From contig CM059431.1 of the NCBI GenBank assembly GCA_030390025.1, forward strand, positions 116,128,001 to 116,192,000: DNA of 64,000 nucleotides. The letters are read 5' to 3'. Of this stretch, positions 1 to 12,215 are shown one piece after another. The translations under genes and the position numbers were made by a program. This DNA is from Squalus acanthias. Lineage: Eukaryota. The notes beneath the pieces were generated by a model, which did no database searches, was not told the origin of the DNA, and worked only from the letters and a program-made list of their open reading frames with translations. How positions within the stretch are numbered: position 1 is the first letter of the stretch; each line of letters begins with the position of its first letter.

Positions 1-1750
1 GTTCGTGCCTTACGTTTCTTCTGTTTCTCCTCTACATGCTGCCCCTTGGAGACATCATCTGAAAACACAGCGTCAGTTTCCACATGTACGCTGACGGCAC
101 CCAGCTCTACCTCACTACCTCTTCTCTCGACCCTTCCACAGTCTCTAAATTGTCAGACTGCTTGTCCGACATCCAGTTCTGGATGAGCGGAAATTTTCTC
201 CAGTTAAATATTGGGAAGACCGAAGCCATTGGGCAGAATTTTCATTGACCCGTGGAGGTGGGTTTGGAGGCGTGTGGGGGGTTAAAATTGAGAAAACTGG
301 CAGGCGGGCACAAGCCTGCCTCCATGCAATTTTCATTAAATCGTGTCTGCTGGTCCCGACTCCGTCCCGCCTCTAAGAGGCGGGATAGGCTGTTAAGGCC
401 CTTAACAAGCACTAAATTGCCTCTATAATGCCATTTTGAAAGGCCTTTGTGATTTTAACCCTTTTTCTACGTGAAGCACGCCTGTTCTGAACCACAAATG
501 TGAAACCTGGCGGGAGCACATTTCAATAGCTGACGATCAGGTCCACTATGATGATGATGGATGATGGAGGAGGAAATGGAGGAGATGGAGGAGGAGGAGG
601 AGGAGGAGGAGAAGAAGAAGAAGAAATATCTGGGAGTGGTGGTGGTACAAAAATATCTGGGAGCAGACTTAGGGCTGCTGCTGCTCATTTTGCCTTCAGG
701 CCCTCTCACAGCAAAGGCCAGGCAGTCTTTGCAGACCTTCAATGCAGCAGCAATGATGACATCATCAGAGGCGACTTTCAGACTGAAAACACTAATTGGG
801 TCATGGGTTCCCACATGCTGGAACTCAATTGCCCAATTAGGTGAAAATCGCATCAATCTCCCACATCCAATTGCAGTCGGGTGGATAACACGAAAAGTGG
901 ATAACACGACCCCAGCCTGCCCCAGTATCAAAATCCAGCCCATTGTTTTTGGTCCCCGCCACAAACTCCGTTCCCTAGCCACTGATTCCATCCCTCTCCC
1001 TAACATCTGTCTGAGGCTGAACCACACTGTTCGCAACCATGGTGTCATATTTGACCCTGAAATGAGCTTCCAACCACATATCCGCAGGATGACATCGCCC
1101 GTCTCCGCCCTTGCCTCAGCTCATCTACTGTTGAAACCCTCATCCATGCCTTTGTTACCTCTAGACTCGACTATTCCAACGCACACCTGGCTGGCCTCCC
1201 ACATTCTACCCTATGTAAACTTGAGGTCATCCAAAACTCGGCTGCCCGTGTCCTAACTCGCATCAAGTCCTGTTCTCCCATCACCCCTGTGCTCGCTGAC
1301 CTACATTGGCTCCCGGTGAAGCAATGCCTCTATTTCAAAATTCTCATCCTTGTTTTCAAATCCCTCCATGGCCTCTCCTCTCCCTATCTCTGTAATCTCC
1401 TCCAGCTCCACAACCCCTCGGGATATCTGCGCTCCTCTAATTCTGCCCTCTTGAGTATCCCTGATTATAATCGTTCAACTTTGGTGGCCGTGCCTTCTGT
1501 TGCCTAGGCCCTAAGCTCTGGAATTCCCTGCCTAAACCTCTCCACCTCTCCACCTCTCTCTCCTCCTTCAAGACACTCCTTAAAACCTACCTCTTTGACC
1601 AAGCTTTTGGTCACCTGCCCTAATTTTCTCCTTATGTGGCTCGGTGTCAAATTTTTTGTTTTGTCTTGTAATACTCCTGTGAAGGGCCTTGGGACGTGTT
1701 ACTACATTAAAGGTGCTATATAAATACAAGTTATTGTTGTTGTTGTTGTT
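1..1750 (+). mobile_element. L2-clade LINE 3' fragment (RT C-terminal region and 3' end), interrupted by a MITE at 231-941
   Basis: Translation shows SFHMYADGTQLY...LQLNIGKTEAI, resuming as VFGP after the MITE. It later shows LADLHWLPV and ends in a (GTT)n tail at ~1730-1750. Confidence 0.85.
231..941. mobile_element. Harbinger-type MITE, family A (~710 bp)
   Basis: TIRs GGGCAGAATTTT / AAAATCCAGCCC and TSD ATT. It splits the L2 reading frame cleanly. A second copy lies inverted at 60506-61221. Confidence 0.9.
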
Positions 1751-2168
1751 ACGTTTGATCTCTTCTTGAACTTGAACCAACATCTTCTGGAACTCCAGCC
1801 AACTGGTGCGAACAGCTGACACTGTGTCCACTCTTTCAGTGATGTAATTGCCACACAAGTCTGGCTCCTTTGCATATTTGAGGACTGTACCCACTACTCT
1901 CCCCTCAATATCCGTTTCAATCTGCGGTTCATGGTTTATTTTAAAATAGGGTTCTGGAATGGCCTTTTCTCAGAGATTGCTTCGATATCACCTGGGATGA
2001 TAGCAGTGGAAAAAGAAGAGTGCATGTGCCTAGAGGTAGTATAGAACTTTTATCTTACAATATTTATTGAACAACCAACAAGGTAAGAAACTCTTCTGGA
2101 TCTGATCTTGAAATGAACATGGCTGGTCAATAAAGTTGAAGTTGCATCTAGAAGCCAGTGACCATAAT

Positions 2169-2923
2169 GGCCCGGATTTTTGTGGTCAGCGGCGAAGGGA
2201 CGGCGCTCGCCGCTGATCTCAAAAAAAAGTTGCACACAAAGATTTAGCAGGCTCTTGAGCTTGGATTCCCTCTATTGTGATGTGATTTTAAATTTGGTAG
2301 TATCTGTGGCATCCCGCAACAGTGCAGGCAGCAGGCAGGCTGATCAGCCAATCAGATTGAAGAATTCTCACAGCCAGCAAAGCAGGAACTAAAAAGCAGG
2401 GATTATAATTCGCTGTACAGAAAGCAAAATAAAGATTGGGATGTACACATGGCATTGAGGTAGAAGATAAAATATCATAAACAAACTTGAAAAAAATAAA
2501 AATTAATTTTTATTATATTAAAAATCATGCAATTTTTAAATGTTCTTCTGAGGGAATGATACTCCACACTTGTAAAATTAGTTTTTCAGGGCCTGAGAGG
2601 TTGTTCAGCAGTAATTATGACTTAGTACGCCGTTAAAAACTCAGTTACACCTGATTAAACCAGGCTTAACATTTGCATAGTTTTTTCAGCGAGAACAGCG
2701 TGTAAAAAGTTGAGGTTCATGTCAATTCACTGATTCTGTATTGATTGCATCTGCAACGACTGCAACAGCACACCCTGTGGAGCAGCAGAGCATCACTGAC
2801 AGTAACTTTCGTATTTCCACGTTTAACTGCGCATGTGTGGACGCTGAGTTGCTGCCAGTTTTACACGATAGTGATGGCGAATGTTGACCGTTTCACTGCC
2901 ATTACAACCACAAATTCCAGGCC
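2169..2923. mobile_element. Non-autonomous DNA transposon (MITE), probably Harbinger-type
   Basis: Imperfect TIRs GGCCCGGATTTTTGTGG / CCACAAATTCCAGGCC, flanked by AAT/ATT. Related sequence occurs at ~32290-33060. Confidence 0.65.
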
Positions 2924-3899
2924 ATTAATATTATTAGATTTGAAATACTCTTTAGGGAATATAAAAAGGCAAACAGAACAAAAGATTTTAAAAGATTTGA
3001 GCTGGACTTCAAATGATTTGAGTCAACCAGATGGTTCTGGGTTACTTTCTAGACCAGGATCACATGCACAGATCTGTGCTCGCAAACATCCAAACACTGG
3101 TTACATTTTAATGTTAACAATTATCCAAAGGGACAATCATCTCTGTTAGCATTAAAAATAATATTTTTTTAATGTTCTCAGGAAATTATACTATCATGGC
3201 TGTGAAGCTAAAATTATGTGAGGCTATTTCCTGGAGGTGGTCTCGTAATATGGGCCCAATTTTGATTCAGGTCTTCACAATTAAATTACACTCCCTAGTA
3301 GTGTTGATGTGGAACTATTTTGCTTTGATGCAACCTGTGCTGTATAATTGGCCTAAAATGTGTCAAACAAAGAAATTTGTGTTTTGTCAAAGCCAAACAT
3401 CTTATTGAGAGTCAGCTGTACATACATTGTAAATTGTGTCTTGACAAAGTGTAATTGATGGTTTCTAATCTGAAAGAAAATTATAGACAGTTATTGACTC
3501 AAGAATGTGAACACATTCTACTCTGAATATATGGTGATAATTGATTGCTGTCAACACAATGTAGTTAGTGCTGAAAAGTAGTTACTCTTATTAAAAAAAT
3601 CAACAACTTCAGCTTGTTGAATTCATTGTTGAATTATTAAATTATACTTTCCCTGAATATCTGGTGTCTTTCACGTACAATATTTTTGATAAATTTAGGC
3701 AGAATCAAAGCTTATTTCTTTTAAGAATGGTTTGTGACTAGCAGGACAATTAATAGAAATATTTATTTGCTATATTAATAACAGAGCTGGTACTACCTCC
3801 CTTAGAATCAACTGAATGGAAGATGTTATCGTGAGGCAAATGGATCTTCCCTTGAACATGCTGACGAGTTATCAGAGGTAGTAATGGACAGTATCCACT

Positions 3900-4165
3900 A
3901 ATGGGGCAGTGAATCTATCTAGTGAGTAGCTGCGTCATATGTATTCGAAAGGTCTCAAGCTCATCCCAATCTGTGTGGAGTTAACTGATCTCGGCTGGGG
4001 AAGAGGTAGGGATACTGCATTTGGCTGCAGTGTCACTGGTTTGGAGCGGAGATAGTCAGCATGGGTTTGTGCTCCTGATTGCTATCTGATGAACCTTGCT
4101 GGAAGTGCATGTGATGGTAAGAGGATCGGGCTCGAGTCTGATGCCTTCATAGTCAAATAACTCCT
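3900..4165 (+). repeat. Old SINE-like interspersed repeat, unclassified
   Basis: Visible similarity to the repeat at ~58960-61340 (GAGTTARC..., GGATCGGGCTCG..., AGTCAAATA). Confidence 0.4.
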
Positions 4166-5198
4166 CACTTCTGCCTTCATCAGCTGATCTGCTCCGCCAG
4201 GTTACCACCTAGATGGCAAGGTTGAAAATTGGCCCCAGTGAGAAAACATTTTTACAGGTTGTTTTTTTTTTGAATTTGTTGGGACATCTTAGCTAATCAG
4301 GATACATGTGGCCATTGGATGTGTTAAAAAAAATGTTGATTCCTTATATGTGTATTTTGCCCTTTGGACATTGGAGGGGTAATTGTTTGCGTTCGGCAGG
4401 GAGCCTAACCTGCCAGGAACGCACATTCAAAATTTCAAGCAGGCTGGACATGATTTCCTGATCAGATTCAACACTGAGAAGAATTGATAGATTGCAGTAC
4501 AAAGCTGACTAACCCGTGATCTACTGGTGTTCATTTTATGAATTAGTGCTTCTGCCACAGAGCAGCAATACATTTCGGGAATTTGGGCGTAGTGGTCGAT
4601 TCACCCTGCCCAAATTCCTCATTTGCATTCCTGTTGCATGTAGCTCTATGCCAGAAGCAATCATTTATAAAATGTACCACAATAAGAGTAATGAATAACA
4701 GGGCAGTTTACCCCACGTTTACGTGCCCTGTCACTAATGATTGCCTAATTAGCATACTATAAAACATACAAACATATTTTTATCCTAGTTGTCACATCAA
4801 ATAGCAGGAGGAAATTTACAGATTTGATTCAATAAATTAACTATCCAGCCATAGTTTCAGCACAGTTGTAAATAAATTGAAACCACAACCGTTTTGTTTA
4901 CCTAAATGATTTGGCACAGTAACTGAAAACTTCTCATTGAATTAAAAGTAACAGCTACTTGGGACCCATCATAGTTTATTATGCTTGGTTAAACCTTTTT
5001 AAACCATAATGTGAGAAAATACATTTAACACATCAGTCTATTCCATACCAAACATGATATGATGATAACATTATAACAACTAACTAAGCTTAAACAATGG
5101 TACTGATGCACATGTCTTTCATTATGTAGTTCTCTGGTAAGATAAGCCATAACCCTAACTCTGTATTTGCTTAAAAACTGTTCATTTCTAACATCTTC

Positions 5199-5236
5199 CA
5201 GTTCTGACGAAAGGTCATCGACCTGAAACGTTAACT
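5199..5236 (+). ncRNA. Minimal type I hammerhead ribozyme motif (Penelope-associated)
   Basis: CTGACGA, stem II (AGGTC atc GACCT), GAAAC, palindromic AACGTT, with flanking AGTT/AACT pairing. Confidence 0.7.
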
Positions 5237-5540
5237 CTGTTTCTCTCTCCACAGATGCTGCCTGACCCGCTGAGTATTTCCAGCATTTTCTGTTTTTATT
5301 TCAGATTTCCAGTATCCACAGTATATTGCTTTTGTTTCAGTATTCAGAAGGATCTCCAGCCTCCAAATATGTCTTTCACCATGGAATTCCTGATGCTAAA
5401 CATAGATATTTTGGTACAAAATGAAAGCAAAATTCTGCGGATGCTGGAAATCTTAAATAAAAATAGAAAATATTGGAAACACTCGGGGTCCGGCAGCATC
5501 TGCGGAGAGAGAAACAGAGTTAACCTTTCAGCTCCATGAC

Positions 5541-5572
5541 CGTTCTGATGAAAGGTCATCGACCTGAAACCC
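5541..5572 (+). ncRNA. Hammerhead ribozyme core motif with degenerate 3' side
   Basis: CTGATGA-A-AGGTC-ATC-GACCT-GAAAC. The downstream palindrome is mutated. Confidence 0.5.
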
Positions 5573-6924
5573 TAAATGTGTTTCTCTCTCCACAGACCTG
5601 CTTAGTGTTTCCAGCATTTTCTTTCGATATTTTGATTCTGAGTAACAGCAATGCAAGTGTCGCACTTCTCAGTTTTCCCTCCCTGTGGGGAAATGCATAA
5701 CCTCAGATCAATGTCTGTTTCTGATGGAGTGGCCGAGATGAAGAAATCTTTGCATGGGGAAATGGTTCTCGTGTAATGGGCAGAAACAGGGAATAATAAG
5801 TCAATTAAACAAAGTGTTTGCATCTGTCATTCCAACAATCAATTCAGTCCACCAATTCGGGCACACTTAACAGTATTTTCCTCTGATAATTATTCATCCA
5901 ACGTATGCAAAAGGAGTTTGGACAGTTGGTTGTAGATTGTTTTCTGTTTGGTGGCTTGGTATTGTGGAGTTTCTGCTTTCTGCTTTTTGTATCTTGCGTT
6001 CAGTACCAATTGTGTGCTGTCTCCTTATAGACACCCCGTCAGAGTCCTCATGTAACCTGTCTCTCAAACTGACCGCTCTCTTCAGATTTTCAGCCTTTCC
6101 CATATGAAGTCTCTTCGTAAAATAGCTGCGGCATTCAGTGCTTTTAACACTGCTTCCAATTTAGGGATCTGTATCTATACAAGGAAATTGTTGGAGAGAG
6201 AGCAACTAAATAAGTGATGAACTGAGATCAGTATGGAAGCACATACACTGGGGGAGTTTACGCTATCTTAAAATGCAAACAGTTTGAAACACAAACAGGA
6301 GCAGCATTTTTAAAATACTGGCTGATCTCGTGGGTTATTGAAGTTTGGAGCATGGTATGATGTTTAGCATGGTCTCACAGCTAGTCAGGGAGTATAGCAC
6401 TGAGGGAGATGGGAACTGAAACACAATGGGATGTTGGGGTGGGTGTAGGGCAGTGGAGCACAGTGAGGTGGGGATGGGGGTTAAGGGTACAGAATTTTAA
6501 AATGACAACCACTGAGAGAAGTAGGAAATTACCAGTTTAATAGCACAGGGAACTTGGCCAAATGGGATGGCAGCTATTCGGAGAGAATTTTTTTTCTCTG
6601 GATCTATTTTATCTCCTCCAAATCAACCCAACGATCCATTAGCCCCTGTTCCATCCTCAAACAGCACAGAGACATTCTAGTTCCAACTGCGGGAGATGGT
6701 TCATCCTGCACCAGGCTCGCATCCTCAACTGGAGGAGAGGGAACGCCTGCAGTTCTCCTTTCAGTGAAGCTGCTTACACTGCCATGGTGGTTGGGAAATA
6801 CCTCAGATCCAGTCACGCTTCGCTGACGTTACTTCGGGTGAACGGAATTTCCGCCTCCCTCCTGGCGGAATAACTCCAGAGCAGCAGGAGCAGATCCGAG
6901 GAATTTTCAGGCCAGTGAGCTCTA

Positions 6925-7453
6925 ATGATCTGATTAGACTTCATGTTCAAACCGAAAAGTGCAAGGGAGCAGATTTAAAAACCGCCAAAGTGACAAAACT
7001 GCTGAAGAATCTTGGTTTACCAGCTATATCTACACTAACGTTAATTATGTAAAAATACTGTTTTTTAGAAGGCGGGGGGGCATGGAACTTGGGAGTATAG
7101 TGATCAGTGAGGAGGATAGTGAAAGACTTCAAGAAGACATAGACAGGCTGGTGAAATGGGCGGAAACGTGGCAGATGAAATTTAACGCAGAAAAGTGCAA
7201 AGTGATACATTTTGGTAGGAAGAAGGAGGAAACGGCAAAATAAACTAAAAGGTGCAATCCTAAAGGGGGTGCATGAACAGAGAGACCTGGGGGGTATATG
7301 TGCACAAATCGTTGAAGGTGGCAGGGCAGGTTGAGAAAGCAGTTAAAAAAGCATATGGGATGCTGGGCTTCATAAATAGAGGCACAGAGTACAAAAGCAA
7401 GGAAGTTATGATGAACCTTTATCAAACACTGGTTTGGCCTCAACTGGAGTATT
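6925..7453 (+). mobile_element. CR1 LINE ORF2 fragment (5' part), split by Harbinger insertion
   Basis: LQEDIDRLVKWAETWQMKFNAEKCKVIHFG and KKAYGMLGFINRG...PQLEY. It resumes at 11667 as YCAQFWAPHFRKD. Confidence 0.9.
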
Positions 7454-7969
7454 GGGGGCGATTTTCCCAGCCCCGAGGAGGCGGGTTTGGAGGCGGGACA
7501 GTTAGCAAAATGGCAAAAACTGAGGGCGGGTTCGGAACCCGCCTCCGCGCACTTTTGCCGGAGGCGGTTTTGATGGGTGCGATTCGGTCCCGCCTCCATC
7601 AGTCGGGAGAGGTAGTTAAGACCCTTAAATAATAGTTAAGGGCCTCTATAATCCTATTTTGACAGGCCCTCGTTATTTTACCACATTTTCAGCATGTTCC
7701 ATGACCCTCCTAAACCACGCCAGCTAAACCTGACGGGTTGACAAGTGGGTGGCCTCCTCACAGCTGCAGCTCCACCAATAAAACTGAGCTTTCATCAGGG
7801 ATCAGCTGCAGGTGGCAGAACTTTTGTTCCACAGGTCTTTCAGTACTTTTAGCAGACCTACCGAAGTCGGAGGTGCTGCAGCTTCTATCTCTCAACTGTG
7901 GAAACTCCTTGGAAGACCCACTCCCCGCTTGGACTGAGCGCTTCCCCAACGGAGGTATCTGCCAGCAGT

Positions 7970-9201
7970 ATGGGAACCATTTATTTCCTTTCACCATGGA
8001 GCTCAGATTTGGATGAGGAGCAGCCACGGCAGCAGCAGAACCAGGCAGCTCAGCAGCAACAGCAGCAGGAGCCCCAACCTCCTGCTCACCCACCTGATGC
8101 TGCACAGGGCAGAAGGCGCCAACGCATGGAAGCATTTCGCTGCAGGAGATACCCCCAACACAGGGTTTACAGACAGAGGATGAGCTACCTCAACATGAGT
8201 GAGCAGCAGTGCCAAAGGGGGCTGAGACTTTTCAAGAGGTTGTCGGAGACATCTGCGCACTGCTGCACCAACACCTGGAGCCCAGAGGAGCGGGTGGACA
8301 CCCCTTACCAGTGGCTGCCAAAGTCACCACCGCCCTCAACTTTTTTGCCTCAGGCTCCTTCCAGGGAAAACCGGCAGACATCAGCGGCATCTCCCAGTCG
8401 GCCACCCACACTTGCATCACGCAGGTTACCGATGCCCTTTTCGCAAAGGCGCACAATTACATCCACTTCTCAAGGGATCAAGCAAGTGTAACTGCGTGTT
8501 CAGTTGGCTTTGCAAATATGGCAGGCTTGCCAATGATGCAGGGCATCATAGACTGTACACATGTGGCCCTTAGGGCACCCCATCACAACCCAGCTATCTT
8601 TGTCAACTGCAAGGGCTTCCACTCCCTCAATGTACAGTTGGTGTGTAACCACAAGAAGGAGATTTTGCATGTTTGCGCCAAGTTCTGTGGTAGTTGCCAT
8701 GACTCGTTCATCCTGCGGAACTCTAGTGTTCCACCACTTTTCAATCCACCAAACCAACTTAACGGATGGCTCCTTGGTGACAAGGGCTACCCCCTGAAGA
8801 AGTGGCTAATGACACCGATCAGGAGGCCAGCTAACGAGGCTGAAGAGCGCTACAATGCCAGCCACATTTCGACCAGGTCCATCATCGAGCAAACCATTGG
8901 CTTGTTGAATATGCGATTCCGATGCCTTGACAGATCAGGTGGAGTCCTGCAATATTCAGCAGCCAGGGTCTCCAGAATGGTCGTGGTCTGCTGTGCACTG
9001 CACAACATGGCACGGCATCATGGCTTGCAGCTCTCTGATGAGCAAGTGGCTCAGTTCATAGCCTCCTCAGATGAGGATGAGGATGAGGATGAGCAGGAGG
9101 AGGTCCGAGCGCCGGCCTATCGACCAACAGCAGCGGCAGAACGCGAGCACATGGCTGCCCGTGATGCAAGGCATGCACTTATCCTGGCCAGATTTGCTTA
9201 G
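7970..9201 (+). pseudogene. Harbinger (HARBI1-like) DDE transposase with one frameshift near 8230
   Basis: ATG at 7970 (MGTIYF...), Q-rich N-terminus, then [45 protein letters not shown] and CCALHN. The catalytic D, D and E are intact. Confidence 0.92.
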
Positions 9202-9458
9202 GTTGCCCATGTTGGCACATGTCCTTGACTTCATCTTAAGACATGATAGACAATGGACATGAATCTCTGGCCTCCTTTCACTCTGGCCACCAACCTGACC
9301 ACGCAAGTGTCGCGGAGCCCGCAATGTAGAGCTACCTAAGGCGAAATAACAGATGCCATCACACCAACAGTTTGCCATCAAATCATTTTTATACTTTCAA
9401 ACAGGGATGGCATTTTGTCAATAAACATAAAAATTCACCCAGGTAGCTACCCTTGTGA

Positions 9459-11382
9459 CTAATTGTGCTTTATTTTTCTCTTATGCGTGCTCCTACGTGT
9501 TGCTCCCCCTGTGGCTTTAGCAGAAGTGGTGGCCCCTTGCTCACTTTCATGTTGCTCCTGCTTCGACACCTTTGGCAGGCGTCCTCTGGGTTTACGAGCC
9601 TGTGAGGGCTCGCCAAACATCTGCTCATCCTACGGCAGTGCAGGGGCTGAGACACCCATCTCAATTGGGTGAGGACTCTGGTGGGGCTCTGACCGAGGGT
9701 CTATGCAGTGGCATTGAAGTGTGAGCGCTTGGAGAGGAGCCCCCACTTCCTTGTTGCCTGCCACCAACTTCCCTCTCATGGGTCAGGTCCACCTCAGTGC
9801 TTGCAAGTGGCTTGAGAGCACCTTGCTGCACATCAGCGGGGCCATGGGGACCCGTCTCTGCACTAGCAGTCCTACTCAAAAGGACTTCCATGAAGCTCTG
9901 GTTTCTCTGTTCAATAGCTGCCCATCGCTCCTCCAGAGATGTCAGTCTATTCTGAATAATCACCATGTTTTCCTCACTCTGGCGACTTATTGCCTTCATG
10001 GCCATAGCCAGCCTTTCCACGGAGGTTGCCATCCTTTCCGTGGTGCTGTGTATATGCGCCATTGTCTCCCCAATGCCCCTGCTCAGGTTAGATTTCAACT
10101 CCTCCATCCTCTCCACACTCGCAGTGACCCTGGAGACAATACCTGTCAGAGACTCCTGCACCTGCTCCTGGAGTTCCAGCATCGCTCTCCTTCTGGATGG
10201 ACCCAGAGGCACAGGGTCCACATGCAGCAGAGCAGAGCTAGGAGAGTCCTGCGACCTCCGCCAAGGACTCTCCATTGCTGTCCCTGTCTCCACCACCTGC
10301 TGATGCTCACCTGTGAGATGTGATACACACGGTGACAACACTAATCTGTGTCCCAAAGGTCCCACCGAGGTGTGCGTATCTGCGCTGGTGCTGGGTGCGC
10401 TTAATTCTGCTGACGCTGCGTCCTCAGAGGTTTCAGGTTCCCCTGAGGAATCTTGCTGCTCAGCCTTTTCCTCATCGACAGTGGGGGGGGCTATGTGGAT
10501 GGTCCTGTGGGGGAGTAAAGGCATTGGTTAGACATTTGACGGAAGTCTGGCATGCACATGCAATAGTGCAGATGCTCAAGTGGCATTCTAATAATGTACA
10601 CCAGCAGCCATTTCAGTCACTCAAGCACTGTAAATGAGAGAGAGGCAAAACTATTCTGTCACCAGCTTGCTCTGCCTTGCCCATCTGTCCATCCCCCACT
10701 TTCACCTCCACCTCTGCGCCGGTGATGTCCAGGGCCGCCTCTTCAGCCTGGGTGAGAAGGGCGAGGGAGGATGGCCCTCCTCCTGTCTTCGCCTTTCCCT
10801 TCTATTGTGGGCTCTCTTTTCCTGCAGTGAGGGAGACAAGTGGAGTTGGAGTGAGAATGATGGAGTGAGTGTAGAGAGTCCAGAGCATAGATGCTTAGAA
10901 GGAGACAAAGATGGAGTGAGGTTCCATGTCCAAGGGCCCTCCCTGTGCGTTGTTAGTTGTTGTCATTGCATAACATTGAAAGGGAGTGTGAGGGCAGCAT
11001 AGTCGAATAGTGAAGTGATTGGGTTCATAGAGTGAGAGGGATGGTGAAGGATGCAAGGGTTGTAAGGGTAAAGTGGGATGTGGAGGAGGAGGTTGACAAT
11101 GCAGAGTGCTGGTGATGAGAGAAAGAAGGGGAGCAGAAGGAGGGTCAAGCTGAAGGTATACTCACTTTGCCTGATCTTACAAGGTCATTGAACCTTTTAC
11201 GGCACTGCATCCATGTTCTGCTGCACACAGATCTGGAGGTTATATCCCTTGCCAGCTGGACCCACACAGTCTTGGTTTCTTTGGGAGGCCTCTTCCTCCC
11301 AGCTGGCTCTCGCCCCCTCAACCAGCATACCCAGCACCTCATCCGAGAACCTCGGGGAGGCCCTTGCCTTGGAGTTGGCCAT
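9459..11382 (-). pseudogene. Harbinger Myb/SANT-like (trihelix) DNA-binding protein gene, 3 exons (11382-11166, 10821-10663, 10504-9459), frameshifted
   Basis: MANSKARASPRFSDE...W..LA..I...RTWMQCRKRFNDL. The GT-AG introns are conserved across copies. Exon 3 encodes a coiled coil and a basic C-terminus. Confidence 0.85.
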
Positions 11383-11666
11383 TGCTGAAGCAGAAAAAAT
11401 GTTGGAGGTGGTGCAGCATCGACTAAAATCCACTGGAATGAGCCAAGGCAGCAAGCAGCCCTTAAATGAAGCTGGATAAGTGACGTCAGCAGAGGCGAGT
11501 TTCAGTCCCAAAGGACTAATTTTCCCAGGGGAACCCACACCTCTGAAATTAACTGGCCAATTAGGGAAAAATCGCAATTTTTTCCCACCTGACAGTGGAG
11601 GCGGGTTTGGAACCTGCCGAAACCGAAGCCCCCCTCCAACCCGCCTCCAATGGGAAAATCACCCCT

Positions 11667-12215
11667 ATTGTGCCCAATTCTGGGCACCGCACTTTAGGAA
11701 GGATGTGAAGGCCTTAGAGAGGGTGCAGAAAATATTTACGAGAATGGTTCCAGGGATGAGGGACTTCAGTTACGTGAATAGACTGGAGAAGCTGGGGTTG
11801 TTCTCGTTGGAGCAGAGAAGGTTGAAAGGAGATTTGATAGAGGTGTTCAAAATCATGAGGGGTCTAGACAGAGTAGATAGAGAGAAACTGTTCCCATTGG
11901 CGGAAGGGTCGAGAACCAGAGGACACAGATTTAAGGTGATTGGCAGAAGAACCAAAGGCGGACTGAGGAATTTTTTTTTTTACGCAGTGAGTGGTTTGGA
12001 TCTGGAATGCACTGCCTGAAAGGGTGGTGGAGGCAGACTCAATCGTGGCTTTCAAAAGGGAATTGGATAAGTACCTGAAGGAAATAAAATTGCAGGGCTA
12101 CAGGGAAAGGGCGGGGGAGTGGGACTAGCTGTGGTGCTCTTGCTGAGAGCTGGCCTGGGCTCAACTGGCCAAATGGCCTCCTTCTGTGCTGTAACTGTAC
12201 TATGATTCTATGTTT
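11667..12215 (+). mobile_element. CR1 LINE 3' end (continuation of 6925-7453)
   Basis: LERVQK...LGLFSLEQRRLKGDLIEVFK...TRGH, followed by a 3' UTR ending in ATTCTATG-like units. Confidence 0.9.

Larger units (their letters stand above)
5150..5620. mobile_element. Penelope-like element terminal fragments in inverted arrangement
   Basis: Three segments in alternating orientation of the repeat that lies next to a GIY-YIG C-terminal coding remnant at 37113-37565. Confidence 0.7.
7454..11666 (+). mobile_element. Full-length PIF/Harbinger transposon (copy H1), decayed
   Basis: 15-bp TIR GGGGGCGATTTTCCC / GGGAAAATCACCCCT and TSD ATT. It carries convergent transposase and Myb/SANT genes and interrupts a CR1 ORF. 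Confidence 0.95.

Noticed and set aside
467..1256. Long ORFs with poly-E/poly-S/poly-G tracts (561-1256, 467-1048; similarly 60503-61040)
   Set aside because: They are read-throughs of a MITE microsatellite into L2 or MITE sequence, not genes.
8209..9201. Possible host HARBI1 gene
   Set aside because: It is multi-copy, bounded by TIRs and TSDs, paired with a Myb gene and disrupted, so it is a transposon gene rather than the domesticated single-copy gene.
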